64,000 bases of DNA from Oscillospiraceae bacterium (lineage in GTDB: Bacteria; Bacillota; Clostridia; UMGS1883): positions 321-64,320 of the forward strand of contig SVJW01000005.1 of assembly GCA_015068735.1 (NCBI GenBank), written 5' to 3'. Positions 42,577 through 52,838 of the stretch are shown piece after piece (position 1 is the first letter of the stretch; each line of letters opens with the position of its first letter). The notes beneath the pieces were generated by a model. It was not told the DNA's origin. It saw only the letters and a list, made by a program, of their open reading frames with translations, and searched no databases. Position numbers and translations under genes: made by a program.

Positions 42577-42592
42577 TACCGAGGTGATACCC

Positions 42593-44794
42593 ATGAAAAA
42601 AATAGTTTTGCTTTTAATGGCATTTATTCTTTTGCTGTCGTTTCCCGTATCGGCGGCCGAGCTTTATACAGATTATTCTGAAGAAAAAGTAACAGAAGGC
42701 GTTACTCTTATTAAAGAACAGCGTTTCTTTGGTGATTCAGCCTTAAATATCACTTTAATTAAGGCTGATTTAAAAAACAAAAACTTAGGGTTTGAACTTC
42801 TCAAAAACAGTGGCGGTGTGGACAAAACAAATACCGTCATGAACTTTGCGAAAGATGACAAGGATACCGTTGCAGCAATTAACGGCGACTTCTTTTCTTA
42901 TTATAAAGGTACGCAAAACTTCTCATTAGGAATTGAAGTTAAAGACGGTGAGCTTCTCCAGTCCCACATAAATCCCGATATGGCGGCAGGATTTTTTGAT
43001 AATAATAAATTGTCCCTTTCCTACATTGCTTTTTCTACAACAATTACTGCTCCCGACGGAACGGTAATACCTGTTGCGCATATAAACAAGCCTACCGATT
43101 ACTACGGTGCTGTGCTTATGTATACTCCCGATTTTAACGGAAGTGTTTCTCCATTTCTTCCTGTAGGAATAACGGCAGTAACGGTTCAGGAAGACACTGT
43201 TACCGCAAAGGGTACAAGTATGGGCGGTGTAATCCCCATTCCCGAAAACGGATATATTCTGGCGGTAGACGATAACATGACACCCCATTTAGATTCCAAA
43301 TTCAATATAGGCGATGTTGTAAAAACACAAATTACAGCCACTCCGTCAATTGACGATGTCGAGACCGCATTCGGTGGTGGCACACTTCTTTTAAAAGACG
43401 GTCAAAAAACGGAGATTACTCACGATGTCAGCGGAACACATCCCAGAAGCGTAATCGGAACAAATTCCGACGGAACAGTTATTTATATGATGACCGTTGA
43501 CGGAAGACAGTCAATAAGCAAAGGTGTTTCTTTAAGTGCCCTTGCAGACATCTGCAAAGAAATGGGTATGACAAACGCAATTAACCTTGATGGTGGCGGC
43601 TCTACTGCATTGGTGGGAAAAACTCTGGAAAATAATAATTTGCACAATCTTAATTCCCCCTCGGAAAACAGAAAGGTTATAAATGCTCTTGCTATAACAA
43701 ATAACGCTGAAAGCGATATTGCCGTAGGCGTTTTGTGTGAGCCGGAGGGCACAAGCGTACTTTCGGGCGACAGCCTGAAGATAAAAGTTACCCCTTATGA
43801 CAAAAATTACAACACCCCCTCTTCCGCAAACGGTGAACTGACATGGAGCGTTTCCGGAAATCAAGGATATGTGAAAGACAATGTATATTATCCCTCAGGA
43901 AGCGGTGAAGCTACGGTAAGCGCATATTATAACGGCAAAATGACTGATAGTTTCAAAGTTAATATAATAAGTACGGTTACAGGTATTATTGCCCCTGAAA
44001 ATGTCGGAAATGAATCGGAACTTTCCGGAAAGGTGAAAGTGTTTGATGAAGAAGGAAACACGGCGGTTATAAGAGATATTTCTCTTCTTAACCCCTCCCG
44101 TACTCAGGGCAAGCTGAACCTTTCAAAAAGCGGTGCAACGAGGAGTATCAACATTACTTCGTCGGGAGTAGAAGCATCCACAACAATCCCCGTTACCACA
44201 GACTATATGAACCGTGACAAGGGAGTCGGTGCAACCTTTAATATTTACAGCTCATCAAATATGACAACACTTTTTGACCGTGTTGTATACGCAAACGCAA
44301 TGAATATTCTGGAAAAATCCGACGTTTCAGCCGTTGTAGGCGGTGATAAACCTGCAGACCTTACCCCGGCAAATTCTCCGGTTATGGCAGGAAATTATAT
44401 TGAGAGAGATTACTCACATTCCAAGATAGTTTCTCTTCAACAAAAAGACGGAGTTATTTCGAGAGGTACTCAATGGAGTAAACTTTCTTCCGCACTTAAA
44501 TCCTCACGGAAAAACGTGTTTATCATTCTCGATAAAGCACCATCTTTCGCTTCGGAAATTGATAAAAAAGCGTTCTATAGTATGCTTTCCGATGCGGCGG
44601 AGAAAAAGAATGTATTCGTAATTTACAGCGGAAGTGAGAACTTCTGCCGAATCCAGGATGGTGTAAGGTATATTACAATTGCAAACATTCGTGATGAAAA
44701 TACTATTGAAAAGTCCATGGAAAATGTTTGCTATCTCTCAATCAGAATTACAAGCGACAGTGCATCATACACATTCAAAAAACTTTTCGAATAA
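42593..44794 (+). CDS. Secreted phosphodiester glycosidase-family protein (NAGPA-like domain) with C-terminal extensions
   Basis: Signal peptide MKKIVLLLMAFILLLSFPVSA. AINGDFF and NLDGGGS motifs. Confidence 0.75.
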   Translation: MKKIVLLLMAFILLLSFPVSAAELYTDYSEEKVTEGVTLIKEQRFFGDSALNITLIKADLKNKNLGFELLKNSGGVDKTNTVMNFAKDDKDTVAAINGDFFSYYKGTQNFSLGIEVKDGELLQSHINPDMAAGFFDNNKLSLSYIAFSTTITAPDGTVIPVAHINKPTDYYGAVLMYTPDFNGSVSPFLPVGITAVTVQEDTVTAKGTSMGGVIPIPENGYILAVDDNMTPHLDSKFNIGDVVKTQITATPSIDDVETAFGGGTLLLKDGQKTEITHDVSGTHPRSVIGTNSDGTVIYMMTVDGRQSISKGVSLSALADICKEMGMTNAINLDGGGSTALVGKTLENNNLHNLNSPSENRKVINALAITNNAESDIAVGVLCEPEGTSVLSGDSLKIKVTPYDKNYNTPSSANGELTWSVSGNQGYVKDNVYYPSGSGEATVSAYYNGKMTDSFKVNIISTVTGIIAPENVGNESELSGKVKVFDEEGNTAVIRDISLLNPSRTQGKLNLSKSGATRSINITSSGVEASTTIPVTTDYMNRDKGVGATFNIYSSSNMTTLFDRVVYANAMNILEKSDVSAVVGGDKPADLTPANSPVMAGNYIERDYSHSKIVSLQQKDGVISRGTQWSKLSSALKSSRKNVFIILDKAPSFASEIDKKAFYSMLSDAAEKKNVFVIYSGSENFCRIQDGVRYITIANIRDENTIEKSMENVCYLSIRITSDSASYTFKKLFE

Positions 44795-44835
44795 AAAATC
44801 ACCTCATGGGTAAAAATACCTGTGAGGTGATTTTT

Positions 44836-45297
44836 ATGCAACTATCCCAAAAAGAAACAGAGTTACTCAAAGACATGAAAAACGCAGAAAAGTTGTGTAT
44901 AGACAAATATTCAAAAGCAGCGGAGGAAGCCTGCGACCCACAGCTTAAACAACTTTGTATTCATATCGCCCAAGTGGAGCAGGGACATCTGGATACCCTT
45001 ACGAAAATTGAAAACGGACAAAACCCTTCTTCTAATTCAGGTGGACAGCAAACACAGCAGCAACCCTCATTTACGGAATGCTATGGTCCTGCAGACAGCG
45101 AAGAAAAAAAGCGTGACAGCTTTTTAGCAAGCGACCTTCTTACTACAGAAAAGCACGCAAGTCATCTGTACGATACCTGCGTGTTTGAATTTAAGGATGA
45201 CAACATCCGTCAGACAATCAATCATATTCAAAAAGAAGAGCAGGAACACGGAAAACAGCTTTACGATTATATGCAGAAGAATTCCATGTACAGTTAA
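44836..45297 (+). CDS. Spore coat protein F-like (Coat_F domain)
   Basis: 153 aa from ATG 44836 (GAGGTGA upstream, inside the terminator hairpin of the previous gene). ETELLKDM...KYSKAA...DLLTTEKHASHLY. Confidence 0.7.
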   Translation: MQLSQKETELLKDMKNAEKLCIDKYSKAAEEACDPQLKQLCIHIAQVEQGHLDTLTKIENGQNPSSNSGGQQTQQQPSFTECYGPADSEEKKRDSFLASDLLTTEKHASHLYDTCVFEFKDDNIRQTINHIQKEEQEHGKQLYDYMQKNSMYS

Positions 45298-45310
45298 TCA
45301 GACTATTGAA

Positions 45311-45349
45311 AAACGCCCCCAAGAACAATCGCCTTAGGGGCGTTTTTTC
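45311..45349 (+). terminator. Intrinsic terminator
   Basis: AAACGCCCC...GGGGCGTTTTTTC. Confidence 0.7.
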
Positions 45350-45377
45350 TTTGTGAAAAATTTTTTTATCTAACCTC

Positions 45378-45406
45378 TTGACAAATGAAAAAAGAGGTGT
45401 TATATT
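45378..45406 (+). promoter_or_regulatory. ctsR operon promoter (TTGACA-17-TATATT)
   Basis: -35 at 45378-45383, -10 at 45401-45406. Confidence 0.6.
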
Positions 45407-45408
45407 AA

Positions 45409-45431
45409 AGTCAAAGAAAGTCAAAGTCAAA
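45409..45431 (+). promoter_or_regulatory. CtsR operator (AGTCAAA-GAA-AGTCAAA-GTCAAA)
   Basis: Matches the heptad direct-repeat CtsR box (A/G)GTCAAANAN(A/G)GTCAAA. Lies immediately downstream of the -10, with a third GTCAAA unit. Confidence 0.75.
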
Positions 45432-45457
45432 TTTTAATGAAAAAGAGGTGTTTATAT

Positions 45458-45910
45458 ATGAATATGTCGGATATTATTGAAAAGATGCTTTTAGATATGT
45501 TAAAGGAAGCTGACGGAACGGTAGAAATACAGAGAAATAACCTTGCAGGAGAGCTTAACTGTGTCCCCAGTCAGATAAATTATGTTATTCAGACAAGATT
45601 CACCCCCGAAAGAGGGTATATCATAGAAAGCAGGCGCGGCGGTGGCGGCGGTGTAAGGATAAGAACGGTGAAAACCGATGCAACTACCTACCCTATGCAC
45701 ATTGTAAATGCTGTGGGAAATACCCTTTCTTACCGTACTGCGGCAGTATTTGTGCAGAACCTGCTGGATTACAACTGTATAACTGAGAGGGAAGCACATA
45801 TAATCTTAGGCGCAGTTAATGATAAAGTTCTTCCTTTTACAGCGGATATACGCGATACCGTAAGGGCAGGAATATTTAAAAGTATGCTTACAAGTCTTAT
45901 GAGAGGATGA
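45458..45910 (+). CDS. ctsR: Class III stress-gene repressor CtsR
   Basis: MNMSDIIEKML...VPSQINYVIQTRFTPERGYIIESRRGGGGGVRI. Confidence 0.9.
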   Translation: MNMSDIIEKMLLDMLKEADGTVEIQRNNLAGELNCVPSQINYVIQTRFTPERGYIIESRRGGGGGVRIRTVKTDATTYPMHIVNAVGNTLSYRTAAVFVQNLLDYNCITEREAHIILGAVNDKVLPFTADIRDTVRAGIFKSMLTSLMRG

Positions 45911-45915
45911 TGAAT

Positions 45916-46374
45916 ATGTTATGTGAAAAATGTGGAAAAAATAATGCAACTGTTATGTATACACAGATAGTAAACGGAAAGAAAAGTTCATTGAATCTTT
46001 GTTCCGGGTGCGCATCGGGAGAGTCGTTGTTTGATAATTTCGGATCACTTCTCTCTTTCGGCACACGCCCCGAAATGAATGGGTCTTCCTGTCCTTTATG
46101 CGGAATGACTCTTTCCGAATTTACCCGTAAGGGAAGAATGGGTTGCGGTGAGTGTTATAACACATTTCGCCGTCAGGCAACAGCAATGCTTCAGAAAATA
46201 CACGGAACATCGGTGCATAATGTCAAGAAAGAAGAAATAAAGGAAGAAGCACCGAAAAAGGAAAAGACAGAAATCGAAATTCTGAAGGAAAAGCTTTCTC
46301 AGGCAATCGCTTCGGAAAATTACGAAGAAGCGGCTAAAATCCGTGACGAAATAAGAAGCAAGGAGGGTAAGTGA
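45916..46374 (+). CDS. mcsA: McsA (Zn-finger / UvrB-UvrC-motif activator of McsB)
   Basis: N-terminal CEKCG...CSGC and CPLCG...CGEC. C-terminal UVR motif (ENYEEAAKIRDEI). Start could be 45907, 45910 or 45916. Confidence 0.85.
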   Translation: MLCEKCGKNNATVMYTQIVNGKKSSLNLCSGCASGESLFDNFGSLLSFGTRPEMNGSSCPLCGMTLSEFTRKGRMGCGECYNTFRRQATAMLQKIHGTSVHNVKKEEIKEEAPKKEKTEIEILKEKLSQAIASENYEEAAKIRDEIRSKEGK

Positions 46375-46376
46375 TT

Positions 46377-47381
46377 ATGAAAAGCCATACAAACGAAATT
46401 GATATTGCTGTCAGCACAAGAATAAGGCTGGCAAGAAACATTTCGGGAATTCCTTATCCCCGTAAAATGACAAAAACACAGGCTCAGGAGCTTATTGACA
46501 CAGTATGGAGTGCATTTGACAATTCTCCCCTTAAAAATGAGCTTAGAAAAATTGAAATCGGTGCAATTTCCGACCTTGAGAAAAAGGCACTTATAGAAAA
46601 ACATCTCATAAGTTCCGAACTTTGTGCTTCAAAAGTGCCATCTGTGGCAATAATCAGTAATGATGAGAAAATTTCTCTTATGGTAAACGAGGAAGATCAT
46701 CTGCGTATTCAGGTTTTTGCCGACGGACTTGACAGCGACAGCGCATATGATACGGCAAAGAAAATTGAAACGCTTCTCTCTGAAAAACTGACCTTTGACT
46801 GTGACAAGGAGTTTGGATACCTTACAAGTTGCCCCACTAACGCAGGTACGGGACTGAGGGCGTCGGTTATGCTTCATCTTCCTGCAATAAGTACATTGGG
46901 TCAGGTTAATCCGCTTTTGAAATGGGCGGCAAACCTGGGTATGACCGTCCGCGGTCTTTACGGTGAGGGAAGTCGCGCCAGCGGTGCACTTTTCCAGCTT
47001 TCCAACCAGATAACAATGGGTACAAGCGAAGAGGATATTTTATCCCGTTTCAATGCGGCGGCTTGCTCTCTTATCAGCGAGGAAAGAAGACTTTCAGCCC
47101 AGCTTTTTGAAAAAAACGAGTATGAAATGAAAGATAAGTGTCTCAGAAGTCTGGGAATACTTAAAAATGCATATATGATTTCATCGTCGGAGGCAATGAA
47201 TCTTGTTTCCAATGTTTGTATGGGCGCAAATGCAGGTATAATTAAGGATATAGATCTTGCAAATCTTCGCAGAGGGATGTTTTCCTCAATGCCTGCAACC
47301 CTAAGTATGACTATGGAAAAAGCTTCACCTCAGGATCGTGATGTAAAACGGGCGCAGATTCTTCAGGGCGCTTTACAATAA
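46377..47381 (+). CDS. mcsB: Protein arginine kinase McsB
   Basis: STRIRLARNISGIPYP and CPTNAGTGLRASVMLHLP phosphagen-kinase signature. Confidence 0.9.
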   Translation: MKSHTNEIDIAVSTRIRLARNISGIPYPRKMTKTQAQELIDTVWSAFDNSPLKNELRKIEIGAISDLEKKALIEKHLISSELCASKVPSVAIISNDEKISLMVNEEDHLRIQVFADGLDSDSAYDTAKKIETLLSEKLTFDCDKEFGYLTSCPTNAGTGLRASVMLHLPAISTLGQVNPLLKWAANLGMTVRGLYGEGSRASGALFQLSNQITMGTSEEDILSRFNAAACSLISEERRLSAQLFEKNEYEMKDKCLRSLGILKNAYMISSSEAMNLVSNVCMGANAGIIKDIDLANLRRGMFSSMPATLSMTMEKASPQDRDVKRAQILQGALQ

Positions 47382-47396
47382 AGGAGTTGAAAATAT

Positions 47397-49826
47397 ATGA
47401 ACATAGAAAACAGATTCACACAAAAAGCTCAAAAAGCAATCTCCCTTTCGGAAGTTTGTGCAAAGGAAACAAACTGTAATTATATAGGAACAGAGCATCT
47501 TCTTTGCGGACTTTTAAGAGAGGGTAGCGGTTTTGCCGCAAAATATCTTCTGGGTCTTGGAATTTCGGAAGATAAGCTTATAGAGCAGATTAAAAAATAT
47601 AATTCAAACATAAATACGGATACAGTTTCTTTTGCAGGATTTACTCCGCGAACGAACAGAACTATTCAGCAATCCTTTGCAGAAGCTCATAAGCTGGGCT
47701 CTCAGTACATCGGAACAGAGCATCTTCTTTTGGCACTTTCCAGAGAGCGCGACAGCGTAGCGTTCAAAATACTATTGGGATTTGGTGCTCCCAATAATCT
47801 GTATGAGGATATTTTTGAAAAATTGTCCCAGGGCGTTCCGGAAAGTGAGAAACAGGGAAATAAAACAGGTGGCGATACTCCCACCCTTAATCAGTTCGGC
47901 AGAGACCTTACGGAATTTGCAAAGGCAGGAAAATTCGACCCCGTAATAGGAAGACAGAAAGAAATTGAAAGAGTTATACAGATCCTTTCTCGAAGGACGA
48001 AGAATAACCCTGTGCTTTTAGGTGAGCCGGGCGTTGGTAAAACAGCCGTTGCAGAAGGACTTGCACAGGAAATTGCGGCAGGTAACGTACCTGAACTTCT
48101 TAAGGGAAAGAGAGTAGTTTCCCTTGACCTTTCGGGTGTTGTAGCAGGGGCAAAATACCGCGGTGAATTTGAAGAGCGCCTTAAAAAAGCTATGGAAGAA
48201 ATTATAAAAGCGGGAAATGTAATTCTCTTCATCGATGAAATGCATACTATCATCGGAGCAGGTGCTGCTGAGGGTGCAATTGATGCGGCAAATATCTTAA
48301 AACCCTCCCTTGCCCGCGGTGAACTTCAGCTTATTGGTGCAACTACCCTTAACGAATACAGAAAATATGTGGAAAAGGATGCGGCACTTGAACGCCGTTT
48401 CCAACCTGTAACAGTAGGTGAACCCTCTGTTGAGGAAACAATTGAAATATTAAAAGGCATCCGTGAAAAATACGAGGCACACCACGGTGTAAAAATCACT
48501 GATAAGGCAATTGTTGCCGCTGCAAAAATGAGCAGTCGCTACATTACCGACCGTTTTCTTCCGGACAAGGCAATTGACCTTGTGGACGAGGCGTGCAGCC
48601 GTGTACGTCTGGGAGCACTTACAGCTCCTCCCGAAATAAAGGATCTTGAAAAAGAAATCGAAACCATTGCCGCTGAAAAGAAAGAGGCAATAAATTCTCA
48701 GGACTTTGAAAAAGCTGCAATTCTCAGAGACAAGGAAAAAGAAGCAAACGAAAAACTCACATCTCTTCGTGATGAATGGCAGGGAAAATCCTCCCAGAGT
48801 GCAGGAGAAATCGGCGAGGATGAAATTGCGGAAATCATCTCCGGCTGGACAGGTATTCCCGTGAAGAAGCTTGCGGAGGAAGAGAGCGAAAGACTCAAAA
48901 ATCTTGAAGCAGTTCTTCATAAGAGAGTAATCGGTCAGGATGATGCCGTAAAAGCTGTATCAAAAGCAATCCGTCGAGGAAGAGTCGGACTTAAAGACCC
49001 AAAGAGACCTATCGGCTCATTTATTTTCTTAGGACCTACAGGCGTTGGTAAGACAGAGCTTTCAAAAGCACTTACAGAGGCGCTTTTCGGTGATGAGGAT
49101 GCTCTCATCCGTGTTGATATGTCCGAATATATGGAGAAGCACTCCGTTTCCAAAATGGTTGGCTCGCCTCCCGGATATGTAGGCTTTGACGAGGGCGGTC
49201 AGCTTACCGAAAAGGTAAGAAGAAAGCCGTACAGTGTAATTCTTTTTGACGAAATTGAAAAAGCACATCCCGACGTATTCAATATTCTTTTGCAGATTCT
49301 TGATGACGGTCAGCTTACCGACAGTCAGGGAAGACGTGTAGATTTTAAAAATTGTGTTATAATAATGACGAGTAACGTAGGCGCAAGAAATATTTCCGAG
49401 CCCAAGTCTCTTGGCTTTGCATCGGCAAGCGAATCCCGTGAAACGGTAAACAAAAACATCAGAAGCAGCGTTATGGATGAGCTTAAAAAGATGTTCAGAC
49501 CGGAATTTCTTAACCGTGTTGACGATATTATCGTATTTTCTCAGCTTACGGAAGAGGAAATCGGAGAAATTGCTTCTGTCATGCTGGAAAGCCTTAAAAA
49601 GAGACTTTTGCAGAATGACATTGAGGCATCGGTTGACGAAAGCGCAATAAAACTTCTTGCAAAAGAGGGATTTGACCCCGTTTACGGAGCAAGACCTCTC
49701 CGTCGTGCAATTACATCCAAGGTGGAAGACCTTTTTGCTGAAGAAATGCTGGACGGAAAAGTTTCTTCGGGAGATAAAGTTATTATAAAAGAAGAAAACG
49801 GAGAAATAAAAATAGTAAAAGAATAA
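47397..49826 (+). CDS. clpC: ATP-dependent Clp protease ATPase subunit ClpC
   Basis: 809 aa. Clp_N repeats, two Walker A sites (GEPGVGKTA, GPTGVGKTE), and a UVR linker. Confidence 0.95.
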   Translation: MNIENRFTQKAQKAISLSEVCAKETNCNYIGTEHLLCGLLREGSGFAAKYLLGLGISEDKLIEQIKKYNSNINTDTVSFAGFTPRTNRTIQQSFAEAHKLGSQYIGTEHLLLALSRERDSVAFKILLGFGAPNNLYEDIFEKLSQGVPESEKQGNKTGGDTPTLNQFGRDLTEFAKAGKFDPVIGRQKEIERVIQILSRRTKNNPVLLGEPGVGKTAVAEGLAQEIAAGNVPELLKGKRVVSLDLSGVVAGAKYRGEFEERLKKAMEEIIKAGNVILFIDEMHTIIGAGAAEGAIDAANILKPSLARGELQLIGATTLNEYRKYVEKDAALERRFQPVTVGEPSVEETIEILKGIREKYEAHHGVKITDKAIVAAAKMSSRYITDRFLPDKAIDLVDEACSRVRLGALTAPPEIKDLEKEIETIAAEKKEAINSQDFEKAAILRDKEKEANEKLTSLRDEWQGKSSQSAGEIGEDEIAEIISGWTGIPVKKLAEEESERLKNLEAVLHKRVIGQDDAVKAVSKAIRRGRVGLKDPKRPIGSFIFLGPTGVGKTELSKALTEALFGDEDALIRVDMSEYMEKHSVSKMVGSPPGYVGFDEGGQLTEKVRRKPYSVILFDEIEKAHPDVFNILLQILDDGQLTDSQGRRVDFKNCVIIMTSNVGARNISEPKSLGFASASESRETVNKNIRSSVMDELKKMFRPEFLNRVDDIIVFSQLTEEEIGEIASVMLESLKKRLLQNDIEASVDESAIKLLAKEGFDPVYGARPLRRAITSKVEDLFAEEMLDGKVSSGDKVIIKEENGEIKIVKE

Positions 49827-49846
49827 ACCTAAGAAAAATTTGTATT

Positions 49847-49881
49847 AAATGGTCATCCCGAAATTTTTGGGATGACCATTT
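49847..49881 (+). terminator. Hairpin after clpC
   Basis: AAATGGTCATCCC-GAAATTTTT-GGGATGACCATTT, 13-bp stem, weak T tail. Confidence 0.5.
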
Positions 49882-50052
49882 AAATCTGAAATTTTGCAAA
49901 CTTTTTCTAACAAAAAAAGAAGAAAATTCCCCTATATTATGGGATTTGACAAAAGTTTGAAGAAAATGAATTTTTTGCTTGCAATAATGAAAAAATTGTA
50001 GTAATATGAACATTGTGAGTTTAATTGCTTAAACAGGTGGAGGAAAATGAAA

Positions 50053-51171
50053 ATGGCAAGTATTAAAAAAATCGGTATTCTTACAGGCGGTGGTGACTGC
50101 CCCGGACTTAACGCTGTTATCCGTGCGGTTGTTAAGACGGCAATTACAAAATACGGACTTGAAGTAGTAGGAATCAAGAAAGGTTATCACGGCCTTTATC
50201 ACAAAGATTTCATTCCGCTGACACTTGACAGCGTACAGGAAATTCTTGGTGAAGGCGGCACAATCTTAAAGAGCTCTAACAAGGATAACCTCTTTAAATA
50301 TCCCGTTCGTGATGAGAATGGTGAAATCGTAAAGAAAGACGGTCAGATCGTTTACGAAAATGTTTCTCACGTTGCAGTAGAAAACCTTAAGGAAGCAGGT
50401 ATTGATGCGCTCTTTATCCTTGGCGGTGACGGTACACTTACAAGCGGAAGAGACTTTGCACGTCTCGGTGTAAATGTAATCGGTATTCCCAAGACAATCG
50501 ATAACGACCTTAGCTGTACAGACTATACTTACGGTTTCGATACAGCAATCGGTGTTGTTTCCGATTCTCTTGACAGACTCAGAACTACTGCAAAGAGCCA
50601 CGGCAGAATTATGGTTGCGGAAGTTATGGGCAGAGGTGCAGGCTGGCTTACACTTCACGGTGGTATTGCAGGCGCTGCAGACGTTATCCTCATTCCCGAA
50701 ATCCCCTATGACATTAACAAGGTTGCAGATAAAATTAAGGCAGATTTTGCAAAGGGTAAGGATTTTGCAATCGTTGCAGTTTCCGAGGGTGCTAAGCCCC
50801 AGGGCGGTGAAGCAGTAATTCTCAAGGTAAGAGAAGACAGCCCCGACCCCATTCGTCTCGGTGGTATTGCAAACGTTGTTGCAGATCAGCTTGAAGAACT
50901 TTGCAATAACGAAGCTCGTGCAACAATCTTAGGTCACGTTCAGCGCGGTGGTACAACAAGCGGCCACGACAGAGTGCTTTCTTCCCGTTACGGTTACGCT
51001 GCAGTAGAATATGCTATGCAGGGTAAGTTCGGTAACATGGTTGTTCTTAAAGGTGACACAATCGAATGTGCTTCTCTTGAGGATGTTATCGGAAACGGCA
51101 ACAAGCTTGTTGATCCCGAATGCGAAACAGTTAAGATGGCGAGAGGGCTTGGTATCTGCTTCGGCGACTAA
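50053..51171 (+). CDS. pfkA: 6-phosphofructokinase
   Basis: IGILTGGGDCPGLNAVIR, GGDGT, PKTIDND and MGR motifs. ATG 50053 is better spaced from GGAGG than ATG 50047. Confidence 0.9.
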   Translation: MASIKKIGILTGGGDCPGLNAVIRAVVKTAITKYGLEVVGIKKGYHGLYHKDFIPLTLDSVQEILGEGGTILKSSNKDNLFKYPVRDENGEIVKKDGQIVYENVSHVAVENLKEAGIDALFILGGDGTLTSGRDFARLGVNVIGIPKTIDNDLSCTDYTYGFDTAIGVVSDSLDRLRTTAKSHGRIMVAEVMGRGAGWLTLHGGIAGAADVILIPEIPYDINKVADKIKADFAKGKDFAIVAVSEGAKPQGGEAVILKVREDSPDPIRLGGIANVVADQLEELCNNEARATILGHVQRGGTTSGHDRVLSSRYGYAAVEYAMQGKFGNMVVLKGDTIECASLEDVIGNGNKLVDPECETVKMARGLGICFGD

Positions 51172-51273
51172 GCGCTTGGACTTGATTAAATCGCGCAGAC
51201 CGAAAAACGCAAAAAGTTAATTGTTTGTGCCTTTTATTCAATCTGATAACATTTTAACTTTGATTATTTATGG

Positions 51274-51302
51274 AAAGGAATCCGTCAGCGGATTCCTTTT
51301 TT
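51274..51302 (+). terminator. Intrinsic terminator after pfkA
   Basis: AAAGGAATCC-GTCAGC-GGATTCCTTTTTT. Confidence 0.75.
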
Positions 51303-51531
51303 GTATGCGTTTTTCTATCCGCGAACTTCACCTCTCGCTGTATACACATACAGCTTCGGGCAAGCCCTACGGGTTCAGTTCACGAATTCTGCACAATTTT
51401 CTCTGCGTCCATTAAATACACTTATGAAAAAGCCGTTAATTTAAAAATTTCTATTGCCTTTTTCCGCAAAAAAGTATAAAATAATATAATAGCGGTACTG
51501 TGTACTGCTTTGGCGAAAGGAATTGATAGTA

Positions 51532-52827
51532 ATGCTTCACACAAATTTAAGTATCAACGAAAAAGGCAATCTCTCATTTGCAGGTGTTGACACGGCAGAG
51601 CTTGCAAATGAATACAAGACACCTCTTTATGTTCTTGATGAGGAGCGTATTCGTGAGAAGTGCCGTGCATATATAAATTCTATGAAAAAATATTTTGGCG
51701 AAAGTGCGCAGGCTCTTTATGCAAGCAAGGCGCTTAGCTTCAAGGAAATATACAGAATTGTAAAGGACGAAGGAATGTCCGTTGATGTGGTTTCCGGCGG
51801 AGAAATTTATACCGCCAAGGAAGCAGGCTTTCCCATGGAAAGAGTATACTTCCACGGAAACAACAAGACAGATGATGAGATAGAGTTTGCAATGGACTGC
51901 GGTGTAGGTTACTTTATGGCAGACTGCCGTGAGGAGCTTCTGGCAATAAGCCGCATTGCAGGGGAAAAGGGTATTACACAGAAAATAATAATGCGCCTCA
52001 CTCCCGGTATCGATACTCATACATATGAAGCGGTAAGAACCGGTCAGGTTGATTCCAAATTCGGTACGGCTATTGAAACGGGACAGGCTATAAAAATGAT
52101 TGAGTTTGCCCTTTCTCTTCCGAATATCTCACTTGATGGATTCCATTGCCATGTAGGATCTCAGGTTTTCGACGGAGAAACATTCTGCCAGAGTGCGGAA
52201 ATAATGATTGATTTTATCGCTCTTGTTAAAAAAGAGCTTGGATACGAGGCAAAAACCCTCAACCTTGGCGGTGGCTTCGGTGTAAGATATATTGAATCCG
52301 ACCCCCACCTTGACATTGAAAAAACAATTGAAGAAATCAGCGTATATGTAAAGAATAAATGTGCGTCTGCAGGTGTCACAATGCCCAGAATCCTTATGGA
52401 GCCTGGCAGAAGCATTGTTGCCGATGCGGGACTTACCCTATACAGCGTGGGAAGTGTAAAAACAATTACAGGGTATAAAAGCTATGTGGCAATTGACGGC
52501 GGTATGGGTGACAATCCACGCTATGCCCTTTACGGAAGTTTGTACAGTGCGCTTATCGCCAACAAAGCAGATAAGGAAGCATCTTTCAAGTGCACAATTG
52601 CAGGAAAATGTTGTGAAAGTGGCGACCTTATTGCTGAGGACATAATGCTTCAGGAATGTGAAAAGGGCGATATCCTTGCAGTGCTTACAACAGGTGCATA
52701 CAATTTCTCAATGGCTTCCAATTACAACAGAATTCCCCGTCTTCCAATTGTTATATTGAAGGACGGAAAGAGCCGTATCGGGGTAAAGAGAGAAACTTAT
52801 GAGGATATAGTAAGAAATGATATGTAA
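51532..52827 (+). CDS. lysA: Diaminopimelate decarboxylase
   Basis: PLP-dependent Orn/DAP/Arg decarboxylase family pattern (YASKA, HCHVGSQ, GGGFGV, EPGRSIVA, CESGD). Confidence 0.9.
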   Translation: MLHTNLSINEKGNLSFAGVDTAELANEYKTPLYVLDEERIREKCRAYINSMKKYFGESAQALYASKALSFKEIYRIVKDEGMSVDVVSGGEIYTAKEAGFPMERVYFHGNNKTDDEIEFAMDCGVGYFMADCREELLAISRIAGEKGITQKIIMRLTPGIDTHTYEAVRTGQVDSKFGTAIETGQAIKMIEFALSLPNISLDGFHCHVGSQVFDGETFCQSAEIMIDFIALVKKELGYEAKTLNLGGGFGVRYIESDPHLDIEKTIEEISVYVKNKCASAGVTMPRILMEPGRSIVADAGLTLYSVGSVKTITGYKSYVAIDGGMGDNPRYALYGSLYSALIANKADKEASFKCTIAGKCCESGDLIAEDIMLQECEKGDILAVLTTGAYNFSMASNYNRIPRLPIVILKDGKSRIGVKRETYEDIVRNDM

Positions 52828-52838
52828 GGAGTAATCCT

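Noticed and set aside
51172-51531. Lysine (L-box) riboswitch upstream of lysA.
   Set aside because: The region contains the pfkA terminator and AT-rich sequence. It lacks the conserved L-box helices and motifs (for example the AGAGGNGC core) as far as I can see.
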